A stretch of 64,000 nucleotides of DNA from Candidatus Eremiobacteria bacterium (GCA_963737065.1 CAVTRC010000001.1:960001-1024000); one strand, 5' to 3'. Counted from the first letter of the stretch, positions 1 through 9,085 are shown. The notes: generated from the sequence alone by a model not told the origin. Translations and numbers: made by a program.

Positions 1-102
1 CACGATCGCGTTGAACTGGAACAGAATGACGAGCGTCTCTATCGCCGCGATCGTGCCGAGAAACTGCCACGTCTTGCGGACGGCGTGTGGATTGAGAATC
101 AT
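1..102 (-). CDS. Partial membrane protein, N-terminus only (MILNPHAVRKTWQFLGTIAAIETLVILFQFNAIV...), runs off the window
   Basis: Hand translation; ATG at 102 overlaps the stop of the upstream HTH gene (ATGA); GGAGG SD upstream; hydrophobic segment. Confidence 0.7.
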   Translation of the reverse strand, partial: MILNPHAVRKTWQFLGTIAAIETLVILFQFNAIV

Positions 103-386
103 GATGGTTCCTCCGCGTTTGCGAGTAATGCTTCGAGAGACTTCACGTGTGCGACGAACGCATGGCGCCCGTTTTCCGTCAGTTGATAGCGCGACTGCGG
201 CCGGCGATTGACGAACGCTTTTTCTTCTTGAACGTAGCCTGCGTCGACCAGTTTGCCGAGATGTGCGCCGAGATTTCCATTGGTCGTCTTCACCGCTTGC
301 TGCAAGCCCAAGAACGTCACCCAATCGCTTCCAAGCAACTTTGCAATAATTCCGAGCCGAATCTTCGAAAGCAGCATTTCATCCAT
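99..386 (-). CDS. Winged-helix transcriptional regulator (HTH_34, ArsR/MarR-like)
   Basis: RLGIIAKL...TNGNLGAHLGKLVDAGYV...RPQSRYQLTENGR pattern. Confidence 0.85.
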   Translation of the reverse strand: MDEMLLSKIRLGIIAKLLGSDWVTFLGLQQAVKTTNGNLGAHLGKLVDAGYVQEEKAFVNRRPQSRYQLTENGRHAFVAHVKSLEALLANAEEPS

Positions 387-389
387 GAC

Positions 390-956
390 TTATTCGCGCG
401 CGAGCAGATCGGCGACGCCGAAGCCTCCGTAACCAATTAGCGTTCCGGCTGCGAGAAGCAAGCCTGCATACGGCGTCATGAAATTCGCGAGCGCGATGGA
501 GACGAGCAGCGTGATTGCGCCTATTTGCGCTCGGCGATTGCCGTGCATGCCGATGTAGAGCAGCACCAGCGTCTCCACGACGTTCCACAGCGCTATCGCG
601 GCAATCGGCGGAAAGAGATTGAACCCGATGAACTGCGTGACGAACGCAACCGCGATAGCAAGCATGAGTACATTGAGATACTCGCGCTGCAGCAGCGACA
701 TCGTGTCAGCCGATTCGCGATAAGAACGCGAGCGGACGATGCTGAAGACGATCGCACAGCACAAGACCGCGAGATTGATCCACAGCGCTGCCATCGGCAG
801 CCGGTGCATCATTGCCAGCGTAAAGATCACGTCCGTCGACGCACCCGCAACACCCCAGACGACGAAAAATTCGCCGCCTGCTTCAAGCTTGCGCGACGAC
901 GCGGCAATGATGCGTTCGATGACGGCAAGGTGTTCGCGTGCTTCGGACGGGTTCAC
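390..956 (-). CDS. Multi-pass membrane protein, in operon with the HTH regulator
   Basis: GTG start (VNPSEAREHL) with GGAGG SD; about 6 hydrophobic helices; the ORF-track extension to 1358 is a shadow of rplU. Confidence 0.75.
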   Translation of the reverse strand: MNPSEAREHLAVIERIIAASSRKLEAGGEFFVVWGVAGASTDVIFTLAMMHRLPMAALWINLAVLCCAIVFSIVRSRSYRESADTMSLLQREYLNVLMLAIAVAFVTQFIGFNLFPPIAAIALWNVVETLVLLYIGMHGNRRAQIGAITLLVSIALANFMTPYAGLLLAAGTLIGYGGFGVADLLARE

Positions 957-973
957 GTACGCCTCCGGCGAGT

Positions 974-1000
974 AGATTAGTCTGTAATTTAGACTTATCT
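974..1000. promoter_or_regulatory. Inverted-repeat operator AGATTAGTCT-N7-AGACTTATCT
   Basis: 9/10 inverted repeat immediately downstream of the leftward -10 box. Confidence 0.6.
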
Positions 1001-1002
1001 GA

Positions 1003-1031
1003 AGCATACGCGCTACGTGGTCATATGTCAA
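1003..1031 (-). promoter_or_regulatory. Sigma70 promoter TTGACA-N17-TATGCT for the membrane protein/HTH operon
   Basis: Perfect -35, 17-nt spacer, near-consensus -10. Confidence 0.75.
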
Positions 1032-1047
1032 CCGTCCCGTCCCGGCG

Positions 1048-1076
1048 TTGACAGTGCGCGGGTGCCCTGGTATCGT
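1048..1076 (+). promoter_or_regulatory. Sigma70 promoter TTGACA-N17-TATCGT (extended -10) for rplU
   Basis: Perfect -35, 17-nt spacer, TG at the extended position; ATG lies only 9 nt after the -10. Confidence 0.75.
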
Positions 1077-1085
1077 GTCACGGTT

Positions 1086-1397
1086 ATGTACGCGATCATT
1101 GAGACCGGCGGCAAGCAATTGCGCGTCGCCGAGGGCGATATCATACGAACCGATCTCGTTGACGCAGACGCCGGCAGTGACGTTACGTTCGACCGGGTCG
1201 TGCTCGCGAGCACCGGTGGCGAGGTCAAGGTCGGCGCCCCTCTCGTCTCGGGCGCGAGCGTCTCGGGTACGGTCCTCCGGCAGGCCAAGGACAAGAAGAT
1301 CCTCGTGTTCCGCTACAAGCCGAAGAAGCGCGTCCGTAAACTCAACGGCCATCGTCAACGTTTCGCCGAAGTAAAAATCACTAAGATCAGCGTGTAA
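1086..1397 (+). CDS. rplU: 50S ribosomal protein L21
   Basis: MYAIIETGGKQLRV...GHRQRF signature. Confidence 0.98.
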   Translation: MYAIIETGGKQLRVAEGDIIRTDLVDADAGSDVTFDRVVLASTGGEVKVGAPLVSGASVSGTVLRQAKDKKILVFRYKPKKRVRKLNGHRQRFAEVKITKISV

Positions 1398-1405
1398 GCT
1401 GCGCG

Positions 1406-1750
1406 GTGCTCACCGTAACGTTTTATGAAGACAGCCGGCAGCGGCTGTCTTCTTTTGTCGGCGTGGGGCACGTCGAAATCAGCGAAACGACGAGCGACGA
1501 GTATTCGCTTGTCTGCGCGGCGATCTCGTCAATTTTGCAGGCGACTCGTCTTGGGCTCGAACGCATCGCTGCGGTTCCGGTCGACGTCCGGCAGCAGCGC
1601 GGCGACATGGAACTCCTGGTTCCCGACGCATACCGGGACGACACGAGCGCCGTTGCGATCTTGCGCACGGCCGAGCTTGCCGTGGAACACATCGCGTTGC
1701 AATATCCGCGGCACGTTCGCTTCAAGCGCGAAAGCAAACCGGGACCGTAA
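1406..1750 (+). CDS. prp: Ribosomal-processing cysteine protease Prp (YsxB/DUF464)
   Basis: GH...VCAAIS catalytic His/Cys motif, QYP near the C-terminus, position after rplU. Confidence 0.88.
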   Translation: MLTVTFYEDSRQRLSSFVGVGHVEISETTSDEYSLVCAAISSILQATRLGLERIAAVPVDVRQQRGDMELLVPDAYRDDTSAVAILRTAELAVEHIALQYPRHVRFKRESKPGP

Positions 1751-1800
1751 CATGCGGAAGATAAATCGGGTACGATAGGCATCTACCACAGGAGGCATGC

Positions 1801-2088
1801 ATGACTGATAGCTTTCGCACTGCGCCGCCCGAGGGCGAGTGGTCGCCGGGAAACACCGGCGCAAGCGGCTACCAAAGCGCTTTCGGCAACGGACCAGAGC
1901 GAGCGGATGAGGACGACAACGACGTAGGACGCGCGCTGCTCGTCGGTCTCCTCGGCGGGCTCGTGTCCGCGGCCGGGTACTTCGTCTACCGGCGCCTGCC
2001 CGATGAACAGAAGGAACGAATCCACGCGCAAGTACGATCGCAGCTGTCCGCGCGCCTCGCCGAAATTCGGCAGAACTTCAACATCTAA
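1801..2088 (+). CDS. Small single-TM hypothetical protein
   Basis: AGGAGG SD; one hydrophobic helix followed by a charged helical tail. Confidence 0.75.
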   Translation: MTDSFRTAPPEGEWSPGNTGASGYQSAFGNGPERADEDDNDVGRALLVGLLGGLVSAAGYFVYRRLPDEQKERIHAQVRSQLSARLAEIRQNFNI

Positions 2089-2132
2089 GGCCATACGTCT
2101 CGAATCGCGACTGCCGCGGCACTACTGAGTGC

Positions 2133-2615
2133 ATGCGGCAGTTTGCATTCATGGCGGCGCTCTACGCGCACGCGCTGCAGATTTTCAATCCGTCGCTTGC
2201 ATCGGATAACGCGCTGCGCTATGCGACCGCGACGATTCGCGAGGCCGATGCGCAAGCGCTCGACGCGCGTTTGCTGGTTGCATTGATCGCGGTCGAATCA
2301 TCGTGGCGAAGTGATGCGGTTTCGAACGCCGGTGCGCGCGGACTCGGACAATTGATGCCGCCGACGGCAAACGAACTCGGCGTCGATCCCGATGACGCGC
2401 TCGCAAACATTCACGGAGCTGCCGTGTATCTTCGCCGGCTGCTGCGTCACTACGCCGGAAGCAGCCGTGACGAGCAATATACCGACGCGCTCGCGGCCTA
2501 TAACGCCGGCGAGGGGGCAGTCGACCGGTACGGCGGCGTGCCGCCGTACGCCGAGACGCGCGCGTACGTTCGCCGCGTCATTTCGTTGTGGCGTCGTCTG
2601 GCGGGTGAGTCGTAG
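2133..2615 (+). CDS. Lytic transglycosylase (SLT domain)
   Basis: VES, AVSNAGARGLGQLMP, ALAAYNAG, PPYAETRAYV motifs. Confidence 0.93.
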   Translation: MRQFAFMAALYAHALQIFNPSLASDNALRYATATIREADAQALDARLLVALIAVESSWRSDAVSNAGARGLGQLMPPTANELGVDPDDALANIHGAAVYLRRLLRHYAGSSRDEQYTDALAAYNAGEGAVDRYGGVPPYAETRAYVRRVISLWRRLAGES

Positions 2616-2817
2616 ACGGCGACGGCGGCATCGGGGGCGGCATTTCGTGCTCGTTCGTGTCCGCAGCGCGCTCCATCTCGGCGATAAACGCATGCGATGT
2701 ATTCTGCACTTCACGCATCACGCGGCCCGCCTGGCGCATCATCTTCGGCAGCTGATCCGGCCCGAAGAGCAAGAGGGCGAGCACGGAAACCACCATGATG
2801 TCGGGGACGGAGAACAC
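2578..2817 (-). CDS. Twin-arginine translocase TatA/TatB family subunit
   Basis: Single TM, then LLFGPDQLP hinge and amphipathic helix. Confidence 0.85.
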   Translation of the reverse strand: MFSVPDIMVVSVLALLLFGPDQLPKMMRQAGRVMREVQNTSHAFIAEMERAADTNEHEMPPPMPPSPSTTHPPDDATTK

Positions 2818-2926
2818 GCAGTAGCTCTTCTATCACGTGCTCGGCGCCCCTGGGGCGCGCGGAGCGCGAAGCGCGTGGCTGAAGGGAGGGTATCCTCCTG
2901 CGCCTGTGCAAGCTTTCGCGTCCGCC

Positions 2927-3397
2927 GTGAAGATCATCTACACCCGGGGCAACCGTACGGAAACGCTTGCTTCGCTCGCGACGCTGCGCAAGATTCTCAA
3001 CCGGTTCGTCGCCCACCGCGTGTTCTACGAAGTCTCCAGCCGCAGCAAACGCGGTCACGAATTCTTTTCCGCGAAGAACGTCTTCGTGGTCGGATTGATT
3101 GAAGTCACGAATTACGAGCATTTGAAGATTCTGATCTTCGATGCGAACAATCAGGCGCATTCGATCGAGATTCTCAATCCGCAAACGATGCGGATCTACG
3201 ATGAGATGCCGGGTCGCGGATTCGCGGTATCCTTCATCAGCGAGAGCGAAAACGGCGTCGAAACGCGCTGCTACATTCGCGACGAAGGTGAAGATCAAAG
3301 CGGCATCAAGGAACAAACCGCGCTCGAAAAGATCACGCTTCCGCAACTGTTCGAATACCTCGAAGAGCTGACCGCCGTCGAAGCGTCAAAGACGTAA
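2927..3397 (+). CDS. Hypothetical cytoplasmic protein
   Basis: Globular-looking sequence with typical codon usage; GTG start at 2927 is a best guess (ORF open from 2837). Confidence 0.7.
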   Translation: MKIIYTRGNRTETLASLATLRKILNRFVAHRVFYEVSSRSKRGHEFFSAKNVFVVGLIEVTNYEHLKILIFDANNQAHSIEILNPQTMRIYDEMPGRGFAVSFISESENGVETRCYIRDEGEDQSGIKEQTALEKITLPQLFEYLEELTAVEASKT

Positions 3398-3417
3398 TCA
3401 AGACGCCGGCACTGTTG

Positions 3418-3927
3418 CTATTCGACCGTTAGAATCGCATCGTTGATCTCTCCCGTGGAGAGGTCCAGCGCCGCAAACATCCCCGGTGTGCGAACCGCCT
3501 CTGCGGCGATGCCGAACGCTAGGTGCTTGGGCATGTAGCGGTCCCCCACCACCCGCTTCGCGCCTTCGTTCCACGCACTGAACGCCTGACGGCTCAACCA
3601 CACGCTGCGCGCACCGCCCGGCACCTTGAAGGCGAGCGTGTCGAAGCGCAGCATCCGCGAACGTTCGCCGGTCTGCATTGCAGGCTCCGCGATGCGCGAG
3701 GCGATGTTGGCTTTGGCGGTTTCGGTATCCATTTGGTACGCCAACAGCTTCTCGCGCGGCAACACGCCGTGCAAGGCCGGGCCGAACTGTGGGTCGTCGA
3801 GCAGTGCGAGGAGCATCGAACGTACGGTGATGAACGGCTCGTTCACATTGCCCGCCACTTCGGCGGCACGGCGCATCACTTCGAGGATCTCGTCGGACAG
3901 AAAGATCTGCTCGGCCGACTCGCTCAT
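3418..3927 (-). CDS. Stand-alone Clp N-terminal (repeat) domain-like protein
   Basis: Two Clp_N-like repeats (AAEVA...ITVRSMLLALL; GAKRV...PKHLAFGI); no AAA domain. Confidence 0.6.
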   Translation of the reverse strand: MSESAEQIFLSDEILEVMRRAAEVAGNVNEPFITVRSMLLALLDDPQFGPALHGVLPREKLLAYQMDTETAKANIASRIAEPAMQTGERSRMLRFDTLAFKVPGGARSVWLSRQAFSAWNEGAKRVVGDRYMPKHLAFGIAAEAVRTPGMFAALDLSTGEINDAILTVE

Positions 3928-4328
3928 GTGCGCCTGCTTGGCTTCCGGCGTTTGCGCACCTCCAGCTTCGATGCAAGCCGCATGGCGCGAACCGCGTCAT
4001 CGTAGCGCCCTAACGTCTTATATGCCGATGCGAGATTGGCGTACACGAGCGGATAGTCCGGATCAGCAGCAATCGCTGCCTCATACCAGCGCACCGCCGC
4101 CATCGGATCGCCGCTCTCAAATGCAAGGTTCCCGAGATTCATCATCGCCGGCGCGTGCGATGCATCGAGCGCGAGCGCGGCTTCGAAATCCGCGCGCGCT
4201 TCTTCTCGCGCGCCGCATTGAATGCGCCGCACGCCGCGTTTGTTGAGCATCGCCGCATTACGCGGCTCGTCGCCTTGCGAAGGCGCTTCGCGTATTTTGA
4301 AAGCGAAGCGGCGGAAGAAATGGAACAC
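3924..4328 (-). CDS. Tetratricopeptide repeat protein
   Basis: Three TPR repeats (A...NLGNL...G...A...YEAAIAADP). Confidence 0.85.
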   Translation of the reverse strand: MFHFFRRFAFKIREAPSQGDEPRNAAMLNKRGVRRIQCGAREEARADFEAALALDASHAPAMMNLGNLAFESGDPMAAVRWYEAAIAADPDYPLVYANLASAYKTLGRYDDAVRAMRLASKLEVRKRRKPSRRT

Positions 4329-4339
4329 GGACTCGTCCT

Positions 4340-5062
4340 ATGTTCACGATCGACGTCGTTACGCTCTTTCCCGAAGTCTTCGCGCCGTTTGTCGGTCTCT
4401 CGATCGTCGGCCGCGCCGTCGAAGCCGGGATCGCCGACGTGCGCTACCATCATCTGCTCGACGCGCTCACCGCGAACGAACGGGCCGACGACAGTCCGTA
4501 TGGCGGGGGCGCGGGTATGGTGCTGCGCGTCGAGCCGATCGCGCGCACGCTCGACGGTATCCTCGGTTCAGCGCCGGAGCGCGAGCGGCGAACGATCGTG
4601 GTTCCGTCCCCGGCGGGCCGGCCTTTTCAACAAAAAGACGCCGAACGATTTGCCGCGTTAGACCGCTTGATCATCGTGTGCGGGCACTACGAAGGCATCG
4701 ACGAGCGAATCAGTGCGTTGTACGACGTTGAGGAACTCTCCCTCGGCGACTTCATCCTGACCGGCGGCGAACTGCCGGCGCTCGCGTTCATGGACGCGAC
4801 CGTACGCCTTCTTGAAGGCACCATAACGACGGAGTCCGCCGCAGCCGAGTCGTTCTCGCAAGGGCTATTGGATTATCCCAGCTACACGAGGCCGTCCGTC
4901 TTCCGCGGAGTGTCCGTGCCCGACGTGCTCCTCTCCGGCAACCACGCGAAAATCGCGGAGTGGCGCCGTCGCGAGTCCCGCCAGAGAACCGAACGGAGAC
5001 GCAAGGATCTGCTGGCCGAGGCGGGCCCGACAGGAGCGGAGGGCGCGGAGCCGGAGGCGTAG
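4340..5062 (+). CDS. trmD: tRNA (guanine37-N1)-methyltransferase
   Basis: DDSPYGGGAGMV, CGHYEGIDER, SLGDFILTGGE, VLLSGNH motifs. Confidence 0.98.
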   Translation: MFTIDVVTLFPEVFAPFVGLSIVGRAVEAGIADVRYHHLLDALTANERADDSPYGGGAGMVLRVEPIARTLDGILGSAPERERRTIVVPSPAGRPFQQKDAERFAALDRLIIVCGHYEGIDERISALYDVEELSLGDFILTGGELPALAFMDATVRLLEGTITTESAAAESFSQGLLDYPSYTRPSVFRGVSVPDVLLSGNHAKIAEWRRRESRQRTERRRKDLLAEAGPTGAEGAEPEA

Positions 5063-5110
5063 GCCGTTTACTCACGGCTCCGTGCGTTGAAATGCCGCGG
5101 CGATAAAGGC

Positions 5111-5140
5111 TTGATGCGCGACGCCGAGGCGTGATATATT
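5111..5140 (+). promoter_or_regulatory. Probable sigma70 promoter for rplS (TTGATG-N18-TATATT, extended -10)
   Basis: Consensus-like boxes in the trmD-rplS gap, followed by a GC hairpin GCGCGGG-TT-CCCGCGC at about 5153-5168. Confidence 0.5.
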
Positions 5141-5203
5141 GCGTGGGTTGTCGCGCGGGTTCCCGCGCGCTTATTCGTTCGTCCGCACTACGAGATTTGT
5201 CCC

Positions 5204-5557
5204 ATGAACGTCATCGACGTCCTTAACAAAGAACAGCTCAAAAAGACTGTGCCGGATTTCCGTCCCGGCGACACCGTCAAAGTCTATTCGAAAGTGGTTG
5301 AAGGCGGCAAAGAGCGCATTCAGATGTTCGAAGGCGTCGTTACCGTTCGCAAGGGCGGCGGCGCGCACGAGTCGGTCGTCGTGCGCCGCGTTGCGCATGG
5401 CGTCGGGGTCGAAAAGACGTTCTTGCTGCATAGCCCGCGTGTCGATCGCATCGAGGTGAGCAAGCGCGGCGTCGTTCGCCGCAGCCGCCTCTACTACTTG
5501 AGCGATAAGGTCGGCAAAGCGGCGCGCATCAAGGAAAAGAAATCCACTAAAGCTTAA
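5204..5557 (+). CDS. rplS: 50S ribosomal protein L19
   Basis: FRPGDTVKV...ERIQMFEG...GVGVEKTF...VRRSRLYYL. Confidence 0.98.
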   Translation: MNVIDVLNKEQLKKTVPDFRPGDTVKVYSKVVEGGKERIQMFEGVVTVRKGGGAHESVVVRRVAHGVGVEKTFLLHSPRVDRIEVSKRGVVRRSRLYYLSDKVGKAARIKEKKSTKA

Positions 5558-5563
5558 GCCGCT

Positions 5564-6256
5564 CTGACGCCGCTGCAACTGCTCGGGCTCGTCGCGGTGT
5601 TTGCGGTCGCTCGAGTGACTCTCAGTTTAAAACCCATCGCGGCCGGCGACCATGAGTCGTCGGCCGTTGCTGTCCTACGCGGATATATCGACGCGTTCAT
5701 CATCGCCGGACTTGCCGCACTGCTCTTGATCACGTTTGTGATCAGGACGTTTTACATTCCGTCGATCTCGATGATCCCGACGCTCAAAGTGCACGATGTG
5801 CTGCTCGTCGATGAGCTGCGCTACCACCTCTACCAACCGCAAGACGGCGACATCGCCGTATTCCTTCCGCCGTTCAATTCAAGCGGCGACGAGTTCATCA
5901 AGCGCGTCATCGGCGTCCCCGGTGACACAATCACGATCGCAGACGGTATCGTGTACCGGAATGGAAAGGCGCTCACCGAACCGTACGAAAACGAACCTCC
6001 GGTTTACGATCTCGCGATCAAGCACTACGACATTTACGTTAACGGCATGCCGCTCGATCGTCGCAGTGCAAATATTCCGCCGCAATCGAAATGGAGTTCG
6101 CCGGGTCGGATTCCGGCCGGGTACTATTTTATGCTGGGCGACAACCGCAATTATTCCGATGACTCTCATGTGTGGGGCTTCGCCTCTCGCGACGCGTTTT
6201 TTGGGCGCGCGTTTCTCAACTTTTGGCCGCTAAGCAGATTCAGCATCCTTCACTAG
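5564..6256 (+). CDS. lepB: Signal peptidase I, copy 1 (probable CTG start)
   Basis: IPSISM (Ser), FIKRVIG (Lys), GDNRNYSDDS; the N-terminus from CTG 5564 aligns with Met1 of copy 2. Confidence 0.92.
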   Translation: MTPLQLLGLVAVFAVARVTLSLKPIAAGDHESSAVAVLRGYIDAFIIAGLAALLLITFVIRTFYIPSISMIPTLKVHDVLLVDELRYHLYQPQDGDIAVFLPPFNSSGDEFIKRVIGVPGDTITIADGIVYRNGKALTEPYENEPPVYDLAIKHYDIYVNGMPLDRRSANIPPQSKWSSPGRIPAGYYFMLGDNRNYSDDSHVWGFASRDAFFGRAFLNFWPLSRFSILH

Positions 6257-6272
6257 AAAAGATCAGCAACAT

Positions 6273-7010
6273 ATGACGCCTTACGAACTGCTCGGATTGG
6301 TTGCGATCATCGCCGTTGCGCGAGTCGCGCTCTCGTTGCGCCCGGTCGCGACGGTGTCCAGCGGACGCAGCACCTCGATCGCCAAGGAGTATCTCGATCC
6401 GTTCATTTATGCGGGCATCGCGGCCTGGCTGCTCATTACGTTCGTGGCGCGCACGTATTACATTCCGTCGGCATCGATGGTTCCAACGCTGCAGATTCAC
6501 GACGTTCTCCTCGTCGACAAATTCGAGTATCGCTTTCGCAAACCGACCGAAGGCGACGTCGTCGTTTTTCCGCCGCCGATTCCGACGCCCGACGACTTCA
6601 TCAAACGCGTCATCGGTTTGCCCGGCGAGCGCTTCCGTATTACAAAGGGCGTCGTGTACGTGAATGACGTCGCGCTCACCGAACCGTACATCGCGCAACC
6701 GCCAAACTACGATCTCGAAATTCGCAACTACGGCATCTACGTGAACGACGGCTTCGGCTGGCACGCACTCGACCCGTCCGCCGCAAACGTTCCACCGAAG
6801 AACGACTGGACGTCGCCGAACACGATTCCACCCAACTGCTACTTCATGATGGGTGATAACCGTAACGACTCGGATGATTCACACGTATGGGGCTTCGCGC
6901 AAGTCGGCGGAAAATTCGCGACGGGACCGCGCGCCGGCGAACATGCGGGTTTTACGGGTCGCGCATTCTTGATCTTCTGGCCGCTCTCGCAAGCGAAGAT
7001 TCTCCACTAA
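6273..7010 (+). CDS. lepB: Signal peptidase I, copy 2
   Basis: IPSASM, FIKRVIG, GDNRNDSDDS motifs. Confidence 0.95.
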   Translation: MTPYELLGLVAIIAVARVALSLRPVATVSSGRSTSIAKEYLDPFIYAGIAAWLLITFVARTYYIPSASMVPTLQIHDVLLVDKFEYRFRKPTEGDVVVFPPPIPTPDDFIKRVIGLPGERFRITKGVVYVNDVALTEPYIAQPPNYDLEIRNYGIYVNDGFGWHALDPSAANVPPKNDWTSPNTIPPNCYFMMGDNRNDSDDSHVWGFAQVGGKFATGPRAGEHAGFTGRAFLIFWPLSQAKILH

Positions 7011-7031
7011 TACCGTCGAAGCTCGGCTTCC

Positions 7032-7541
7032 GTGGTAAGCTTCGTGCAATTGCGCTCGGTGGCAAGCCTCGTGCTGCAGCTTGCGATCCTCGGGGCTTTG
7101 ATCGCGGCATTTTTCGTTCGCACGCCGCAGGTGAGCGGGCTCTCGATGGAGCCGCACATCGATTCCGGCGAGTACGTGCTCATCAACACGCTGGCGTACC
7201 GATTCGGTCCTCCGCATCGCGGAGACATCGTCGCATTCATGCACATAGCGGATCGACCGGAAATCTATATCAAACGCGTGATCGGTATCGCAGGCGATCG
7301 CGTTCGAATCGATCGCGGCGTCGTTTACGTGAACGGTAACCCGCTTGACGAACCGTACGTGCGCTACAACGACGGACGGAGCTTCGGCGAGATTACCGTT
7401 CCGCCGAACAACGTCTACGTGCTCGGCGACAATCGAGCAAATAGCGAAGACTCGCGGTTCTTCGGTCCGGTCGCGGACAACGATTTGACCGGACGCGCGC
7501 TTGCCGGAATTTGGCCCCTGCATAACTTCGGGACGCTGTGA
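7032..7541 (+). CDS. lepB: Signal peptidase I, copy 3 (short single-TM type)
   Basis: VSGLSMEP, YIKRVIG, GDNRANSEDSR motifs. Confidence 0.95.
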   Translation: MVSFVQLRSVASLVLQLAILGALIAAFFVRTPQVSGLSMEPHIDSGEYVLINTLAYRFGPPHRGDIVAFMHIADRPEIYIKRVIGIAGDRVRIDRGVVYVNGNPLDEPYVRYNDGRSFGEITVPPNNVYVLGDNRANSEDSRFFGPVADNDLTGRALAGIWPLHNFGTL

Positions 7542-7548
7542 AGCCGCG

Positions 7549-8358
7549 ATGAACGCCGATCTCCAGCGCGCGGTCCAGTGGTATCCGGGGCACATGGTGC
7601 GCGCGATGCGCAAGATGAGCGAGTACCTGACCCTCGTGCACCTCGTGATCGAGGTGATCGATGCGCGTGCGCCGCGCAGCGACGCCAACCCGATGCTTGA
7701 CGCGTTGATCGGTAACCGCGTACGCCTCACGATTCTCAATCGCGACGATCTTGCCGACCCTGTAGCGACAAACGCGTGGATCGCCGATTATGCCTCACGC
7801 GGCCGCGAAACGATGGCGGCCGAGGGACGGCAGCAGCAAAGCGTCGGCCGGATTCTGCGCGCAGTGACGGCGCTCGCGGACAAACGCAGCGGCATGACGC
7901 GCGCAATCGTCGTCGGGCTCCCGAACTCCGGCAAGTCGTCCATTATCAACGGATTGCTCAAACGCGCCGCCGCGAAAACCGAAGATCGCGCGGGCGTGAC
8001 GCGTCAATTGCAATGGTTTCGTTTGGCGCCGGCGATCGAGCTGATGGATACGCCGGGCATTCTGGTCCCGAAAATCGAGACGCCCGAATCGCAATGGAAG
8101 CTCGCCCTTATCGGCGCCGTGCCCCGCGAACGCTACGATCCCGAAGAAGTCGCCGTCCATTTTCATCGCTGGCTGCTCGCCAAGACGAACGGCCGCACCG
8201 CCGTCCCGGATTTGGAAGACTTCGCACGCGCGCGTGGATTTGCACGCCGCGGCGGCGAGGTTGATTACCACAACGCGGCGCAATCATACATCCGCGCGTT
8301 CAACGACGGAACCTTTGGACGCTTGACCTTAGAAGCACCTGATGACGACGAAGCCTGA
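7549..8358 (+). CDS. rbgA: Ribosome biogenesis GTPase RbgA/YlqF
   Basis: QWYPGHM, DARAP, GLPNSGKSS, DTPGIL (circularly permuted GTPase). Confidence 0.95.
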   Translation: MNADLQRAVQWYPGHMVRAMRKMSEYLTLVHLVIEVIDARAPRSDANPMLDALIGNRVRLTILNRDDLADPVATNAWIADYASRGRETMAAEGRQQQSVGRILRAVTALADKRSGMTRAIVVGLPNSGKSSIINGLLKRAAAKTEDRAGVTRQLQWFRLAPAIELMDTPGILVPKIETPESQWKLALIGAVPRERYDPEEVAVHFHRWLLAKTNGRTAVPDLEDFARARGFARRGGEVDYHNAAQSYIRAFNDGTFGRLTLEAPDDDEA

Positions 8359-9085
8359 TAAAAGGCGTAAAGCCAAAAACGCATACGAACGCGAACGCCG
8401 CCGTCTGCACCGGTTGCACCGGTATGAATACGCCGCGCGCGACAAAGGCTTCACGTTCATCGGCGGCGTGGACGAAGCTGGACGCGGTCCACTCGCAGGG
8501 CCTGTCGTCGCCGCATGTGTGGTCGCGCACGAACCGCTCCTGCTCAAAGGACTCAACGACTCGAAGCAAGTCCGCGCGGAGGTGCGCGTTCACCTCGCGC
8601 GCGAGATTCGCGAAGCAGCGCGCGGTTGGGGTATCGGGGTCGCGAGCGTGGAGGAGATCAACCAGCTCAATATCTATTGGGCAAGCGTTCTTGCGATGGA
8701 GCGCGCGATCGCGTCGCTGACGTGCGACCCGCCGGAATATCTTTTCACCGACGCCGTTCGGATCAAATCATTTTGCGGACCGCAAGAACCGCTGATCAAA
8801 GGGGACGCAATCTGCGCGGTAGTTTCCGCGGCGTCGATCCTCGCGAAAGTACACCGCGATGCACTTCTGATTCAACTGCACGAGACCGATCCGCGGTACC
8901 GCTTCGATCTGCATAAAGGATACGCAACGCCCGTCCACATCGAAGCCTTGAAAATTTACGGCCCGAGCGAACATCATCGCACGGCGTGGTGGCGTGTCCG
9001 TGATTCAAAGCTCGAACTCTTGTTCGAAGACGATGCGGACGCAATTGAACTGCGTGAACACGCAGAGCAAGGGACGCCGCGGTGA
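8342..9085 (+). CDS. rnhB: Ribonuclease HII
   Basis: GVDEAGRGPLAGPV, DSK, KGDA, AASILAKV, HKGY. Confidence 0.97.
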   Translation: MTTKPDKRRKAKNAYERERRRLHRLHRYEYAARDKGFTFIGGVDEAGRGPLAGPVVAACVVAHEPLLLKGLNDSKQVRAEVRVHLAREIREAARGWGIGVASVEEINQLNIYWASVLAMERAIASLTCDPPEYLFTDAVRIKSFCGPQEPLIKGDAICAVVSAASILAKVHRDALLIQLHETDPRYRFDLHKGYATPVHIEALKIYGPSEHHRTAWWRVRDSKLELLFEDDADAIELREHAEQGTPR

